A stretch of DNA of 32,286 bases from Basidiobolus ranarum (GCA_040143965.1 JASJQH010006959.1:1-32286); one strand, 5' to 3'. Numbered from the stretch's first letter, positions 9,553-22,300 are shown. Numbers and translations are program-made. Notes: generated from the sequence alone by a model not told the origin.

Positions 9553-11626
9553 TCATGATGGAACTGCGTACACTTCATGCACTTCACGATTGCCTTGACG
9601 ATCGATATGCTCCATTGCTTCATTAATCTTTCTGAAGAATCGATGTGGACCAACATGATCAATTAAACCAGAACGTGTAAACGTTTCCTTACAATTTTCA
9701 CGCAGTTTAACAAAGTAAACAATCACATCACGACGATGATAATCATCTACAATCTCGAGCAGAATTTGTGCTGCACTAGCATCGATCTCCGGCATATTAC
9801 CAACATCAAAGATAACGTAAGAGGCGGGTGCAATTCTTGGTTCTTCTGAAGGGTGAACATCATCATCACCAAATTGTTCCACTCTACGAAGACGATCTTT
9901 GAGTTGTCCAGTATTCGCAAAGAACAGAGCCTCTTGGATCTGAATCAATTGAACTCCTTGTACCTGTTCGGCTTCTGGATATTCCTTGATAGGTTTAAAT
10001 TTGTCCTCTCCAGGGATTTTCCCCATTATTAGGATCTTAGGTCTAGTGCTCTTTTTGATGACTAATAACAGCGATAGTCCAACAGAAGTGAATGTACCAG
10101 CCTCAATCGAGATTGCCATTGTAACAAGAAAAGTGATGGCCACCAATGCCAAGTCTCCCCAAGAACGCATATGGATGATGTAACGTAACTCTTTAGGTGC
10201 TTCAACCAAAAGTGACACTCCGGCTACGAAAATCAAAGACGAAAGGACCGCCTTCGGTAAGAATCGAAGCGATGGTAAGAAAAACGAAACCGCGACAAGG
10301 CCAATAATACCAGTCATAAAGCCAGAGAGCTGACTACGAGCTCCGACGTGGTTGTTTAATTTACTTCGAGCGACCGACCCGAAAGCTGGCCACGTTTGAA
10401 AGAGTGATCCAACGATATTGGCGATACCAAGTGCAACAAGCTCTCGATTGGGAGATACACTGTAATTGTGTTGAATAGCATATGTTTTTGTAATTGCGGC
10501 AGAAATCACGAAACCCATAATGGAGGTAAGAACGGCTGGAATCAAGACATCATGAATTCTACCCGCATCAAGAAGAGGAGGAATTCGGGGAGTGGGTATT
10601 TTGCCATGTTCTAAGGGGCCAAGGACCATGACACCGTCATCATCCCATCTGTAATGTTTACAGAAAATCGTAGATATAACACAAACAATGAGGAATTCGG
10701 GAACATATTGAAACCATTTGGTATTACTACGTCTCTTGAAGTATTGCATTGTGAACAGAAAGACTAACGATACACCGGATAACAATGCTGTCTGCCAGTG
10801 AATCTCTCCAATATTTTCAAGTATAAATAGAAATTTAGTAACGGTTGATCCTCCATGTTTACTACCCGCCAGTTTATCTAGACCCAATAGAGTAATTGAT
10901 TGACCGACAATGATGATTACGGCCAATGCAGTAATAAATCCTCGGAGCAAGGAACGAGATAAAATTGAATCAAGGAAGCCAACTCTAAATAATCCAAGTA
11001 AGAGAGTAAAAAAGCCAACCAGAAATCCAACCACTGTTACTGCTGCAATGGATTCAGCAAATATCTCATCAGGATCGGTCAAGTCTGAAGTCCTGATTGA
11101 GACTGCTGAACCAACCAGCATTGCGATAAGTGCTTCGGGTCCGATGGATATTTGTCTGTATAAGTATTGAAGGAGAGTTATATTCGACTGTCAAGACGAA
11201 TATATTTCAAATGTAACGTACCTGGAAGTACCAAAGAGGGCATAAACAATCAAGGGAACGCATGTAACATAAAGACCATACACAGGTGGTAAATGTACAA
11301 TAGCAGAAGCATAAGAAAGACCTTGAGGAATACTTAGGCAGGCAACTGTAAGGGCAGCAAGAAAATCCGAAGGAAATGTTTTCAAATCGTAGTTGGGAAC
11401 CCAGGAAAGACAAGGAACATAGTATCTCAAACGAGTATAGAATTTATTACTGTTTGCAACTTGCTGTTCTTGACTACTATTGTTGGAGCCTAAGATAAAG
11501 TTAGTACTAGAGACACGAAGGAGAAGCTTGAAAAGTCTAACCGTCGTATTGGTAACTATGCTGGGCAAAAGGCACAGTTTCGGAAGTGTAACTATCTGTA
11601 TCGGCTACACTGAATTTCCTTTCCAT
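9553..11626 (-). CDS. SulP/SLC26 anion (sulfate) transporter with STAS domain, yeast YPR003C-like, ~651 aa. Exons 11626-11542, 11489-11222, 11155-9553
   Basis: IPQGLSYA, YGLY, GTSR|QISIGP, NRELVALG.AN, FGSVARS, LFFANTGQLKDRLRR and STAS motif IDASA. Introns keep the frame. Confidence 0.92.
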
Positions 11627-12092
11627 CTTGAGCTGTTCAGCTGAACGTGTAGAGAGAAAGACGATATATAGGACTGTTTAACGGAAACTAGAGAAGGAAA
11701 AGTTACGAATATTTTAGAGGGTAATGATGACCAGAACAATTTATATTGGTTATTTATGGAAAAGAGCATCTGTTACTCAAACTAAAAGTCGACCTCTTCG
11801 GTTCGGGTCAGCTGAGTATTTATATGACTAACATCTCTAACTTGAGCATTTAGATGGATGGTCACGTGTCGGGAATCAGGTTATTTATCAAGTGAACAAA
11901 CTAAACAACTTCACTCTTAGACTTAATCAAAGGCTGAATTCAATGGATATATAAATTATAAATCTAGATAAACATCCGAGGCTTCATGGTTTATTTTGAC
12001 CATATCCTTCTCTAATTCTCTCGATTCCCTCGATATTCTTCCTCGATACGCTTAGCAAAAATTACTTTTTCTAGTAAATTAGTACTGGGGAG

Positions 12093-12135
12093 GTAGGGTA
12101 GTTAAGGTTAGAGTTAGGCGTTAGGAGTTAGGGTT
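12093..12135 (+). repeat. Degenerate TTAGGG-like tract
   Basis: GTAGGGTAGTTAAGGTTAGAGTTAGGCGTTAGGAGTTAGGGTT, with 6-7 nt periodicity. Confidence 0.55.
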
Positions 12136-13444
12136 GATGGATATCATTTATAAATGCGATTTCTTCTATATGTGAGCACAATTTATTGGAACAATAGAAT
12201 TATAATATAAATGTTAATTATATATGCTCTGGTGAGTCACCTATACGTATTTGGCAGTTGGGACTTGTTATTAAGCCAGACTTCGAACTGCCAGTAGAAG
12301 CTCTAGCATAATTCTCTCCTACACAGTGAATACCATGATTGTAAATCTCTAGCATTGTCAATGTTTCTCATTCACTAAATTTGACATGGTCGATGTTTCC
12401 CACGGCATTCGTATTAAATGATAGGAACAAGTTAGTTCAAAGTGGATACAGGATGTAGTTAACCTTCAATTTCACTTATATAGCATTTCGCATACAATGT
12501 ACCAGCTAATGTGCTTGTTAATAGTGAACCACTCTCACTCTATTGTTACCCTTGCCCCATACACGCCTTCTATTTAACAAATGGGCCTAGTATAAACAGA
12601 ATGTTCCAACTTGCTGTAGCTCCCACCCTCATAACAAGTTTAAAAACATTGAGGCTTAGCATTATGTTGAGAGGCTACTATTGGTGAACACCTAGTTAGT
12701 TGGATTTATTTGTTAAGTGGTCTCATGCTCATGCTCATCGCATCCCCACCCATATATTCTATTTGACGAAACAACCAGGGTAAAGGCGTAGAGCAAGGGT
12801 TGTAGTAGGTATTGAGTATATCTCGAGCTTATATTTTATGCAGATAATCATCGATAAGAAGCCAAGCATAATCTAGCATGTTGAATAGACTAGATTGCTC
12901 TCGAATGTCAGTATCATCATCCCGATTTAGTGCATAGTCTTGATTCTCATGGGAACGATATAGGCAGTGGAGGAAAATAAAAGGGAAAGGCAGAGCAGGC
13001 AAGAACAAGATAATATCTATCACAATCTCGGGAATTCTAAAAACTAGATGAAATCACCCGAATTGACCTTCTGAATGTATCTAGATCAGTTCTGGCCTTT
13101 TAAAAGCATATGGGGATTACAAACATACGGAGATACATGTGACCTAGATCTATCCAACAACAAGTAGACTAGCTATGACAGAATCTATGCCAGAATCTGC
13201 TAAGAAGACTCCAATAAGGGAATGGTTCAAATGCATCACATCTACTGTTTATTTGGTATGTTTAGTTCGTTGTCTAGGGTGGAAATTTCCTGTATAATTA
13301 AGAGCCACTATATTATCATGTATATATATCAGCTGGTTCACGTACTCACAGGTGTACAGTTGAAAATGGTATAATATATCGATGCGAATTAAGAATAAGA
13401 GAATGTAGTTTAGGATGAAGCTATAATCTTAGCCAGGTGCTTTC

Positions 13445-15004
13445 TCATAAGCGGTTTGGTAGCTAGTGATTAAAGAAATATCGTTCATTAGAGGCATATA
13501 CTGATTGGTGGTTGATGCGTTTATCGACTTACTTTACGACCATGTCCCTCTACAATAGTAGACGGAGCTGCGTTCTCATAAACAATTTGGTAAATCCCTG
13601 TGAACAAAGGAAACCTAATAGACAATGCCAGTTAGAATCATATATAGCATTAGCGAGGAAAATGTAGAAACTTACTCTTCGGTCATGTTCTTAGCTTTGA
13701 GGTATTCGTGGACTTCATGGGCAGCTAAAGTTCCTTGTAATTTTTGACCATTAAGCATCTCACGTTCAAGCTCATCAAATGATTTTCCAGTGATCACATG
13801 GGCTTCAGAAACTTTACGATTTCTACCACCAGCGCATGTAGTAATAAGATCGGCAACACCACAACTTTCGTAGAATGTCTCCTCTCTAACACCAGTCCAG
13901 AATGTGCAAGCAAATTGCTTCATCTCCATAAGGCCGATTCTCATAATGGCTGCTTTAGTGTTTTCACCAAGTCTAAAAGAATTCTAAAATGAATACCATA
14001 CAATGGAAATGGTGAATCAACTGTCTGTATGAGGCTTACTTTAGACCGTCGATAATTCCAGCACCAACAGCGACAATATTCTTTAAAGCACCACAAATTT
14101 CAACACCAGCTACATCGTCAACAACAGTAACTCTGAAGGTAGGAGTGTTGAAAAGCTTGTAAAAGACCTCTCCATCTTCGCTTCTGTTGGAGCCAATTGT
14201 AGTTTCGCAGAAATAACCTTCAGCTACTTCATTAGCGATGTTAGCACCAGATAGGACACTAACTTCAATATTAAGAGACTCGGCAATAGCTTGAGAAAAG
14301 AGTCTCAATCCAGTAGAAGAAGCATCAAGTCCCTAGAATCCGAATTTAAAATGCAAATAGATAAATATAATATTTACACCTCAATTATTCCACAAAAGGT
14401 AAATACCTTGATCAAAGAGATTGCCTTAGCGTCAGGTCTGATATTTCCGAGTAAAGTTTTACAAATTCCGTTCAAGAACTGAGGTTACAATAGTTTAGTA
14501 TCCAAGAAACCTGAAATAACGAAAAGTCCAAATTTATACTGACTTGATGAGGAACAACGAAAATCAAGGTGGTAGCATCTTTGACACACTCGAGCAAGTC
14601 AGGGACCGCAACAATACTTTCAGGAAGTTTGATACCGGGTAAATATCTTTAAAAATGTTAAGGTATAATACAGTTCAAGTGGACAAAAAATGCCTTCTAC
14701 TCGTTCTAAATGACTGTCTCTTGTGAAGTGAGAAAAGGATACTTGACATTCTCATGGTCGGTATTGATGATTTCAGTAAGTTTACGGTCGTTAACTATTT
14801 CCTCGAAAACCCACATTCTAACTTCGTTATCAAACTCAGGACATTCCAGGGCATTTTTACCAATGATTTTAGCAATAGCAGAACCCCTGTTTAGTTCAGT
14901 GGAGATTTTGTTAGCAACGGAAAGAAAATTAGAGGTCAAGGCCTCCCACAAACACTAACGCACCAATTTCCTGAACCGATCAAAGCGACTTTTTCTTGGG
15001 CCAT
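13445..15004 (-). CDS. GPD1: NAD-dependent glycerol-3-phosphate dehydrogenase. Exons 15004-14964, 14886-14743, 14646-14544, 14478-14407, 14332-14040, 13972-13676, 13614-13533, optional 13462-13445 (349 aa spliced; 347 aa with stop at 13521 if the last intron is retained)
   Basis: [66 protein letters not shown] and FPLF. All junctions are GT-AG and in frame. Confidence 0.96.
14647..14742 (-). other. U12-type (minor spliceosome) GT-AG intron, GPD1 intron 2
   Basis: 5' splice site GTATCCTTTT. Branch site TACCTTAAC (14665-14657) ends 10 nt before the intron 3' end. Phase 2. Confidence 0.85.
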
Positions 15005-15091
15005 ATTTGAAGCGTAGTAGTAATGTAAGATTAGCACAGAAGAAGTGGCAAGATAAAACTATAGATTAGCAAGTTGAGCTTGGATGTCTCA

Positions 15092-15099
15092 TATTTATA
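15092..15099 (-). promoter_or_regulatory. TATA box upstream of GPD1
   Basis: TATAAATA on the minus strand, ~90 nt upstream of the ATG. Confidence 0.4.
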
Positions 15100-16354
15100 C
15101 AAGAGTCAGAGTATTGCATTGAATTAGTTATATCGATATATTAGCTACTAAGCTCAGCTCTAGTCCGATCTTGATAAAAATACACTAATCGGAGCTCTAT
15201 CAGAAGAATCCAATCCTAATCTGATGGGCGAAACTTGAGAGGTTCGGAATAATCCGGTATGGTTGAATTTCATGATATCATTATACTAAACAGGTCTTTT
15301 TGAATGAATGGAACTCCGAAGTTCAACTTGGTGAACCAAAATGGCAGCGGTTACTGTCAAGTAGAGAAATGACTGAATGTAGAAGTTTCATAGAGTTACG
15401 CTTACGCTCCCGCTACCGAACCGACCAAACCTCGCTATCGACCAACAGAACACCAATCCTGTAACACTGGAGTACTGCATGGCGTTTGACACAAGAATTG
15501 GTTGATATTCATATGCCATAAGATATTAGCACATGCAGCATTCCATCTGACCTGGAAAAAAGAGCCTGAGTGGTTTAGCCATATGCAAGTCAATCAGAAG
15601 TAATTAATTACCAAGGATGGGGTGGTCCCAGTTGGTGCCACGATGAGGAAATCTAAGTGGAGATACATTATTTAGTGCTCCCCTAGCAGTGGGTTGGAAT
15701 TGTCAGTTGGACTAAATGATTACAAATTTCCAATAAAATCACCCATCATCGATTTACCCATTTCCCACGAAGTGGACTTAAGGTTTGCATCTGTCAGATT
15801 TAGAGACCAACTGCAGTTGCATGTGCAAATATCCGATCAAATAGCACTCTGGGAAGACAGTCAAGGCCAATGCGAGTCATAACCAGTTACTTCATATTTC
15901 ACAATATAACCAAAGGTATCTTCATTTCATGTGACGAGTTATTTATCTTGTTAATCTGCTCTAATAACCCTTAATCTCTCTAATTGCTTGAAATGCCTTA
16001 ATTGATTATTAACTTTGATGCTGATTAGAATATTAGCTTGATGTTAGATAATCAGTCGATGGCTTAATATATCATCGCTCACTAAAAAAGACTCATCAAC
16101 TTTATTGACTTAAATATGTATCGGGTTTCCACCCATCCAAGGATACTGTTTACTGATAGGCTAATGGAATGGGTCGTGAAGGATCGTCGTGTCACAAACC
16201 CATGAGGTTGCAAACAGCCTTTAGTCATGTCAAAGGATTTGTTCTGGCTTGGCTCGGCACGCGGGAATACAAATGTTATAATACAAAACTCAAGCAATCA
16301 ATGAGCGGTTGTTTGGTGATACATTGTAGCTTTAGCAGAGTAATCCACACGTTC

Positions 16355-19300
16355 TCACAAATCCAAGATATGATCTAACTGTTTTAATAAATCTACAGTT
16401 CGCTGTCTCGGGTCAATTGCTTCCATTGTCTCTAGCTCCCATCCGCTCCCAGAAGATTTGAGAGTGTACTTGAAATGATAGTAAACAAGAAATGTTAATT
16501 ACTACAATAAAACCAAATATGCACAAGAGCATTACCTTGAAAGTCACTTGTCTCATACAAGAAACGAACAAGTCCGAGAAATGATCCCATTCTGGTTGTA
16601 GCATAGGTAAAAAGAAGTCGTCTGCATTAGAGTCAATTTGCGTAATGTCTATTAGTGTTGTGAAAAATATCGTATAATCTTCATCATCTGTTGGTGAGGC
16701 TGTGCTCTTTTCATGCGTAGTATTTTGATCTTGCAGCCAACTTAGATACTTATCGTAGAGTGACTGAGGGTCTATTAGACTCGCTGTCATCAGAATTGCA
16801 TTGATTTTTAGAATTGGTGTTGCTCTATTCACGGTTAGGATAGGGTACACTTTTTCTTGCTTAAATTGAACAAACTTTTTAACAAAAGCTTGCAAGTCTG
16901 CAACCTTCAGCGGTACTTGTAAATCGAGGGTTTCGAGATTACTGTGTACTTGTGCATCTGCCAATTTGTCTATTACTTTGAAACTTTGGCGGTTGATACT
17001 TGTAAACCAAATCTGAACGCCATCATCAATACAAAGTGCAATGTCGTTGGATGTCTTTGAAGCTTCGCTCACGATACTGACATTAATAATAGACCCAGTG
17101 ATTACTTTAGGGGATGATTGCTCATGATACGATCCAGGAATAGGTCGTATACAGGGTGTGACAAGCACGTTGTGAGCCGAGTTGGACGGTAAACTCTGAA
17201 CACTTGCATTAGGAAGCTCAGCTCTCATAATTAAAGGTGTTAAAACGTAGGGAGCAGGTGACTGCGTCAACAAGTCGGTATGTGTTACATTGCTGTGCTC
17301 AGGGATATCCTCCGTGTAGGCTATTAGCCTTTTCACGTGCTCTGGATTTCTAATAGATCGGTGTCAAACATTGGTAGTTGAGTAGAAGTTGACATTCTTT
17401 GGATCACGTACCTTTTCGTCCAGTCCTCTATAGATAATCCAGTTTGCCTCAGATGAGCGATGCGCGTGAAAGGTTTGATTTCTGTGTCTTGAGTAACAGA
17501 TAATACATGAACATTACGTACAGGATCTTTTCGTATATACAACAAATTTACAAATCCTACAATATCATTCGGCTGAAGGTGCCAAAGTTAATGTGAGATG
17601 ATCAAAGGGTTGGTAGCAGAGTGTAAAGAATACCTTTAAATGCCCCGCTTTGCCATTTGTATTAATCTGAATAACGTTTTGTGAGCAATCCGACGCAAAT
17701 ATAGAGATGTCTTGAAGACGGTTATCTGAATGATTCGAGAAGCAATTAACAGAAAGCACAACCAGTGCCATATCAGCTTCTTGGCCTCGGTTAAACTCAT
17801 CAAGTTTAATGCATCCTATCGCTTCTCTAGGAGAGAATAGTGACTCAGATCTGGCTTCTGAAGAGATGGATGTTTCTTTCCAGCTAGTAGTCCTTGTTGC
17901 TGTCAAATGGATTTGTTTTCGAAGTGAGAAAGATGATATTGTTTTGTTCGATGCGGACAGTGAATAAACCTATAGATATACGTTGTTAATGTGCACTCTC
18001 CAGCCACATCAGCTAATCCAGACTTACTTTGTAGCGATGCCCTTCTAAAAGCATATCATAGGTGCTCAGATCTGGCCTCCATATGGTTATAGTAGCCTCA
18101 CCAGGATAGTTGGATACGGAGCAGTCACATACTCGTATTTTAAAAAAGGGGACCACATTCCTTTTATGCTTTGAGCTCTAGCATACAGTAAATAATCAGG
18201 AACAGATATAAATTGAACAGAATTGCTGGAAGAGTTTACCTCTAAGCGCTCATTGATTTCCTGCATCATTTCACTTCGTTGTTGCTCTTTGTTTTGGAGC
18301 ATATATTGTTCTAGTCGTACCTTTTGAGTGGGGGTCAAATTTTCGAGGAATCCAGCTGGATCAAGCTGATTCGACATTTCCTCATAAAGTTCCTGGCCAC
18401 TTTCTATGTTTTCGACATTTTTTTTCTTTCCTGAGGGTTTCGACGTGGAAGTTTTTTTATCTAAGGTATATCGATCCAAGAGGGTGCGAGCTTCTGCAGC
18501 AATTTGGTCCTACGAAATTGACAGTCAGTTCATGTTTGATAAGGACAAAAATCTACATTAACATCAAACCTGGTTTTCTCTTTCCTTTACTTCTTCATCC
18601 TTTGCATTTCGAAAGACTTTTGAACCATCTGGCTGAATTTCCATGTAACACATAGGATATTTGCGCATCACAATCACATCGACACAGGGGATGAGGCCTC
18701 CCTCAGCAGATATAGCACCAAGAGAGACCTTAAATGAGCTCCTACAGTATCCAAGCTTAGCATCCCATAGGGCAATCCTACAACTATTTGAAGATATTTT
18801 GAGGCAAGTGGATTCACTGACTTCTAAAGCTGGTGTTGCTTCAGTAGAGCCAACTAACTAAGTTGAAATGATATGTTAAGCTTAATTCTAGTGCAAGTTA
18901 TATTTCATATGCTTACTCGTGCGCCAACTATAGATAGTTTGTAACCAATCTGTAATTTTTTGGAGTCGATAGCCCGCTGGAGAGGTTTATCTATATGCGT
19001 TCGTAATGAATACCAACCATCGGTCAACTCAAGTACATACTTTGAAGGAGCTTGAATTGCATCATCTAAGTAAATGATTAATGTTTGTGAGAAATCTGCT
19101 TTAAGGTGAAATTCTCAGGGAAATAGGCACATCGTATACCTGTTACAGCTTCGGCTCTATTATTGTTCGTATCAAGGGATTTATTTTCAATTATTGCTGA
19201 AACACAAAGTACCATCGGCTTAGCAGGTGAATCATCCCGTTCTATTATCCGTTTCAATGCCGACCGATGACCGAGATTAATTTCTTTTTCATATCTAGAT

Positions 19301-22300
19301 AAATAGAATGATCCAAGTTAGAATATCTTCTACAGTGGAATTTGCCATGTCTTTACATACCTATATCGAAGTTGATTCATAACTCGCTCTGGAGACCACC
19401 ACTTGGAAAATTTGGCGGGATATGATCTAATAAAACTGGCAATCTTCCATATGATCCATCGATAATGATTCTCGGTCCATCTATCAGAGAATTGTGGTGA
19501 CTTGCATCCAAGAGACATCATCTCTTTGTGAGCGTCTTCAAATCCCCAACGATCGTCTGTAAATTTGGATTGGCTATCGGTAGTAGAGTTCTTAAAGCAA
19601 TATTGTGCTGCATTTGAAGGGTCAATATTCACAATTTCCACAGGGCTAAGAGACTGCAATTAGCTCAAAGAGTCCATTAAAAATGGTAATAAGAAAAACA
19701 TACAGATTGTGTTTCCTTAGCTCATCAATGTCCTTGTTCGCAGGATACTGAAGGAAGCTTCGCAATGAAATTCTCGAAGTAGTAGCTAATACAAAGAAAT
19801 GGAATAAATATGCAAATAATTCAAAATGTCAAACACCACAAAGTGTACCATTCATGTTAAAGATATCTGAGGAGCGCGAAGGTAAAGCCGAAGCAGAAGA
19901 GATCTCTTCGTCAGGGAGGCGGGTCATTTTTTGGCTGACGACAGGTAAATTGATGGGGGTTTTCGGTCGAGGCGACATCATCGGACTCTTGAAAGGTTTA
20001 GTCAGTCTCTTACGAGCAGGTTTGGGGGTAGAAAATTGGGCTTTGGGTAAAATATCTACGACATTCTTGTCGATAGGAGATTTCATAAAAGAAAAATTAC
20101 TGTCTGATGTATTATTCACATTGGTGCTTTTTCGAATTGGTGTTTTAAACATTGGTTTTAGGCCGATTCGACTGTGGGCTGGTCGAAATGGATGAGTGGG
20201 CGTATTCTTTGCGTTGGTTTCATACTCAACAGTATTTGTTCCTGTGAGATAGTACCTCAATATATTACTATCTTAACTACGAAAAGTGACAAGATTAACT
20301 ATTTTACGTACCTAATTCCTCCACAGAAGATGTGTTTCGTTGGGGAGTTGATGAGGTTTGGCCTATGGAGATATCATGTTTGGATAAATCCTGAGGATTA
20401 CGAGAAGAGGATGGTGATTTCTCGATATTTCTCTGCCGTGCCTCAATCGGATGCAGCACCTTGTTTTTCGAAAAGGGCGATGGAGAATAAGGTTGATTAT
20501 CTGTTTGTACTGGGGCTATACTAACTCCAGTTTTTTTGGGAGAAGGCATTGTTGTTGTTTCATTGGCAAATCCAATGTCGTTATCCAAAGGATCCAAGAC
20601 ATCCTGGTTGAAAAGTTCTTTCGCCTTTTGTAACGAAGATTCTGATGGAGCTGCAAGTTTTTTCCCAGTACCAGTCGAAAACCCGAGGTTGCTTAAAATG
20701 GCTGGATGATCGTGACTTGGCGATGTATTTAAATTGTTGGCTTCGTCTGTATCGCTAAAAAGTTTATATGCACGCTCTAACGAAGATTTAGAAGGAGTCG
20801 CTAGCTTTTTTCCACTACTCGTTGAGAATGATGGAAGTGGGTCTTTTTCGTCTAAATCATGGAATATCGATGAAGCTTTCTTCATGGCATCCTCAGATGG
20901 AGGATTCAGTTTTTTACCACCACCCGTAGAAAACCCACAAGTAAACGAATTTGCCGGAGTCTCCTCAGTACTCCCAGAGGTTTCAACAGCACCAATGTTA
21001 GTTTCATTAACTTTTTGTAATGGCGATTTGAATGGGGAGACAAACGCTCTTGCATTACCAATAGAAAGACTTCCTCCAGAGAAAAGATTTCTCTTAATAG
21101 GAGTATCGGCCTTTGCCGTTAGTGGAACATCTTTGACCTTCTGTTTTGAACTATCGGGTAAAGAGCCATCAATATTGTCCACCATATAATTGTTTTCATT
21201 TTTTGAATTTAGAAAAGTATCACTCATTACAACTTCGTTAGACTCTGGTGGCCGATTATTAGAAGACCCAAGGCCGGATCGAAACCCTGATGTAAATCCA
21301 CCAAATTTACTGACAATTGTTGCCACATCAAGATCATGAAATTCGTCTCTCAAGTCCTCAGCCAGCGGATTTGTAACGGCTTCCGAAGTCATACTTGTGC
21401 TTGGAAAAGTATTATCAGTATCATTATAATCATCCAGAGCTAAAGGATATGTCTTTTTAAGGGATCTCTTCTTCGAGCTGGTAAGTAATTCAGTGTCGGC
21501 CAAAGATCGCTTAGCATTGTTAGGTGTATTGATTCGATCTTTGTATGGTGACTGTATTATTAATTCACTATCATTTTCCACTGATTGTTCTTCAGCCGGA
21601 CCGGGAAGATCATTAACTTCATTAGAATTAGATGTAGAAATCGCTGGTATGGCTTCAAAAACCCCCATAGCCTTTCGTAGAGAAGCTTTGTCAGGAGGTT
21701 GCAGTCGTTTACCTTTTCCAGTAGAAAACCCCCCAAATGTCAAGAGGGTATTCTCCATGGCATTAAAGTCTGGCTTTTCATCGTAACTGAACAAATTATC
21801 GTTTGGATTTGTTTCAATAGTTTCAGAAGCTTGATCTTCCATCAGTCGTGGTTTCTTTGATATAATTGCTACCGGTGGAAAAGAATCGGAGTTGATTAGA
21901 CTATTGCCATCACTAACTCTTTTGTTTGTTAGCAATGTTTCATTATCACCAGAAGGTTTATCTATAGTAAGTGCATCATGCTCTGCGATCTTAGACGAGG
22001 CTTGAACGTTTTTCTGATACAGAGATTTGATTTTTGCTTCTTGTGCAAGCGCCCCAAGAGTTTTGGCTCGAAACATACTAGTGTTAGATTTTCCCACATT
22101 GATCGGCTCATTAAGTAGTAGAGCGTGTTCAGCCTCACGTAATTTGGTTTTATTTGGGAGAGGGAGTAATCGACCTGAGCCAGTTCTAAATCCCTTTGAT
22201 TCGAGAATCGTAAGGTCCAGTGGTGCAGTGATTTCGAATAAACATGGATGTTCTTCAATGGAGGTAGATACTTCAGTAGACTGCTTTTCGATCATCTCCT

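Noticed and set aside
13421-13447. Stop-codon readthrough after the spliced GPD1 stop (would end -LRL)
   Set aside because: Context TGA GAA is not the TGA CTA readthrough motif, and LRL is a poor PTS1.
15300-15900. Somewhat GC-richer intergenic stretch between GPD1 and BRCA2
   Set aside because: Only short ORFs. I could not build a splice model or match an RNA family.
17573-17633. BRCA2 intron 16 donor GTATTCTTT, near U12 consensus
   Set aside because: Mismatch at the conserved +5 C, branch site ACATTAAC rather than CCTTAAC, and phase 0.
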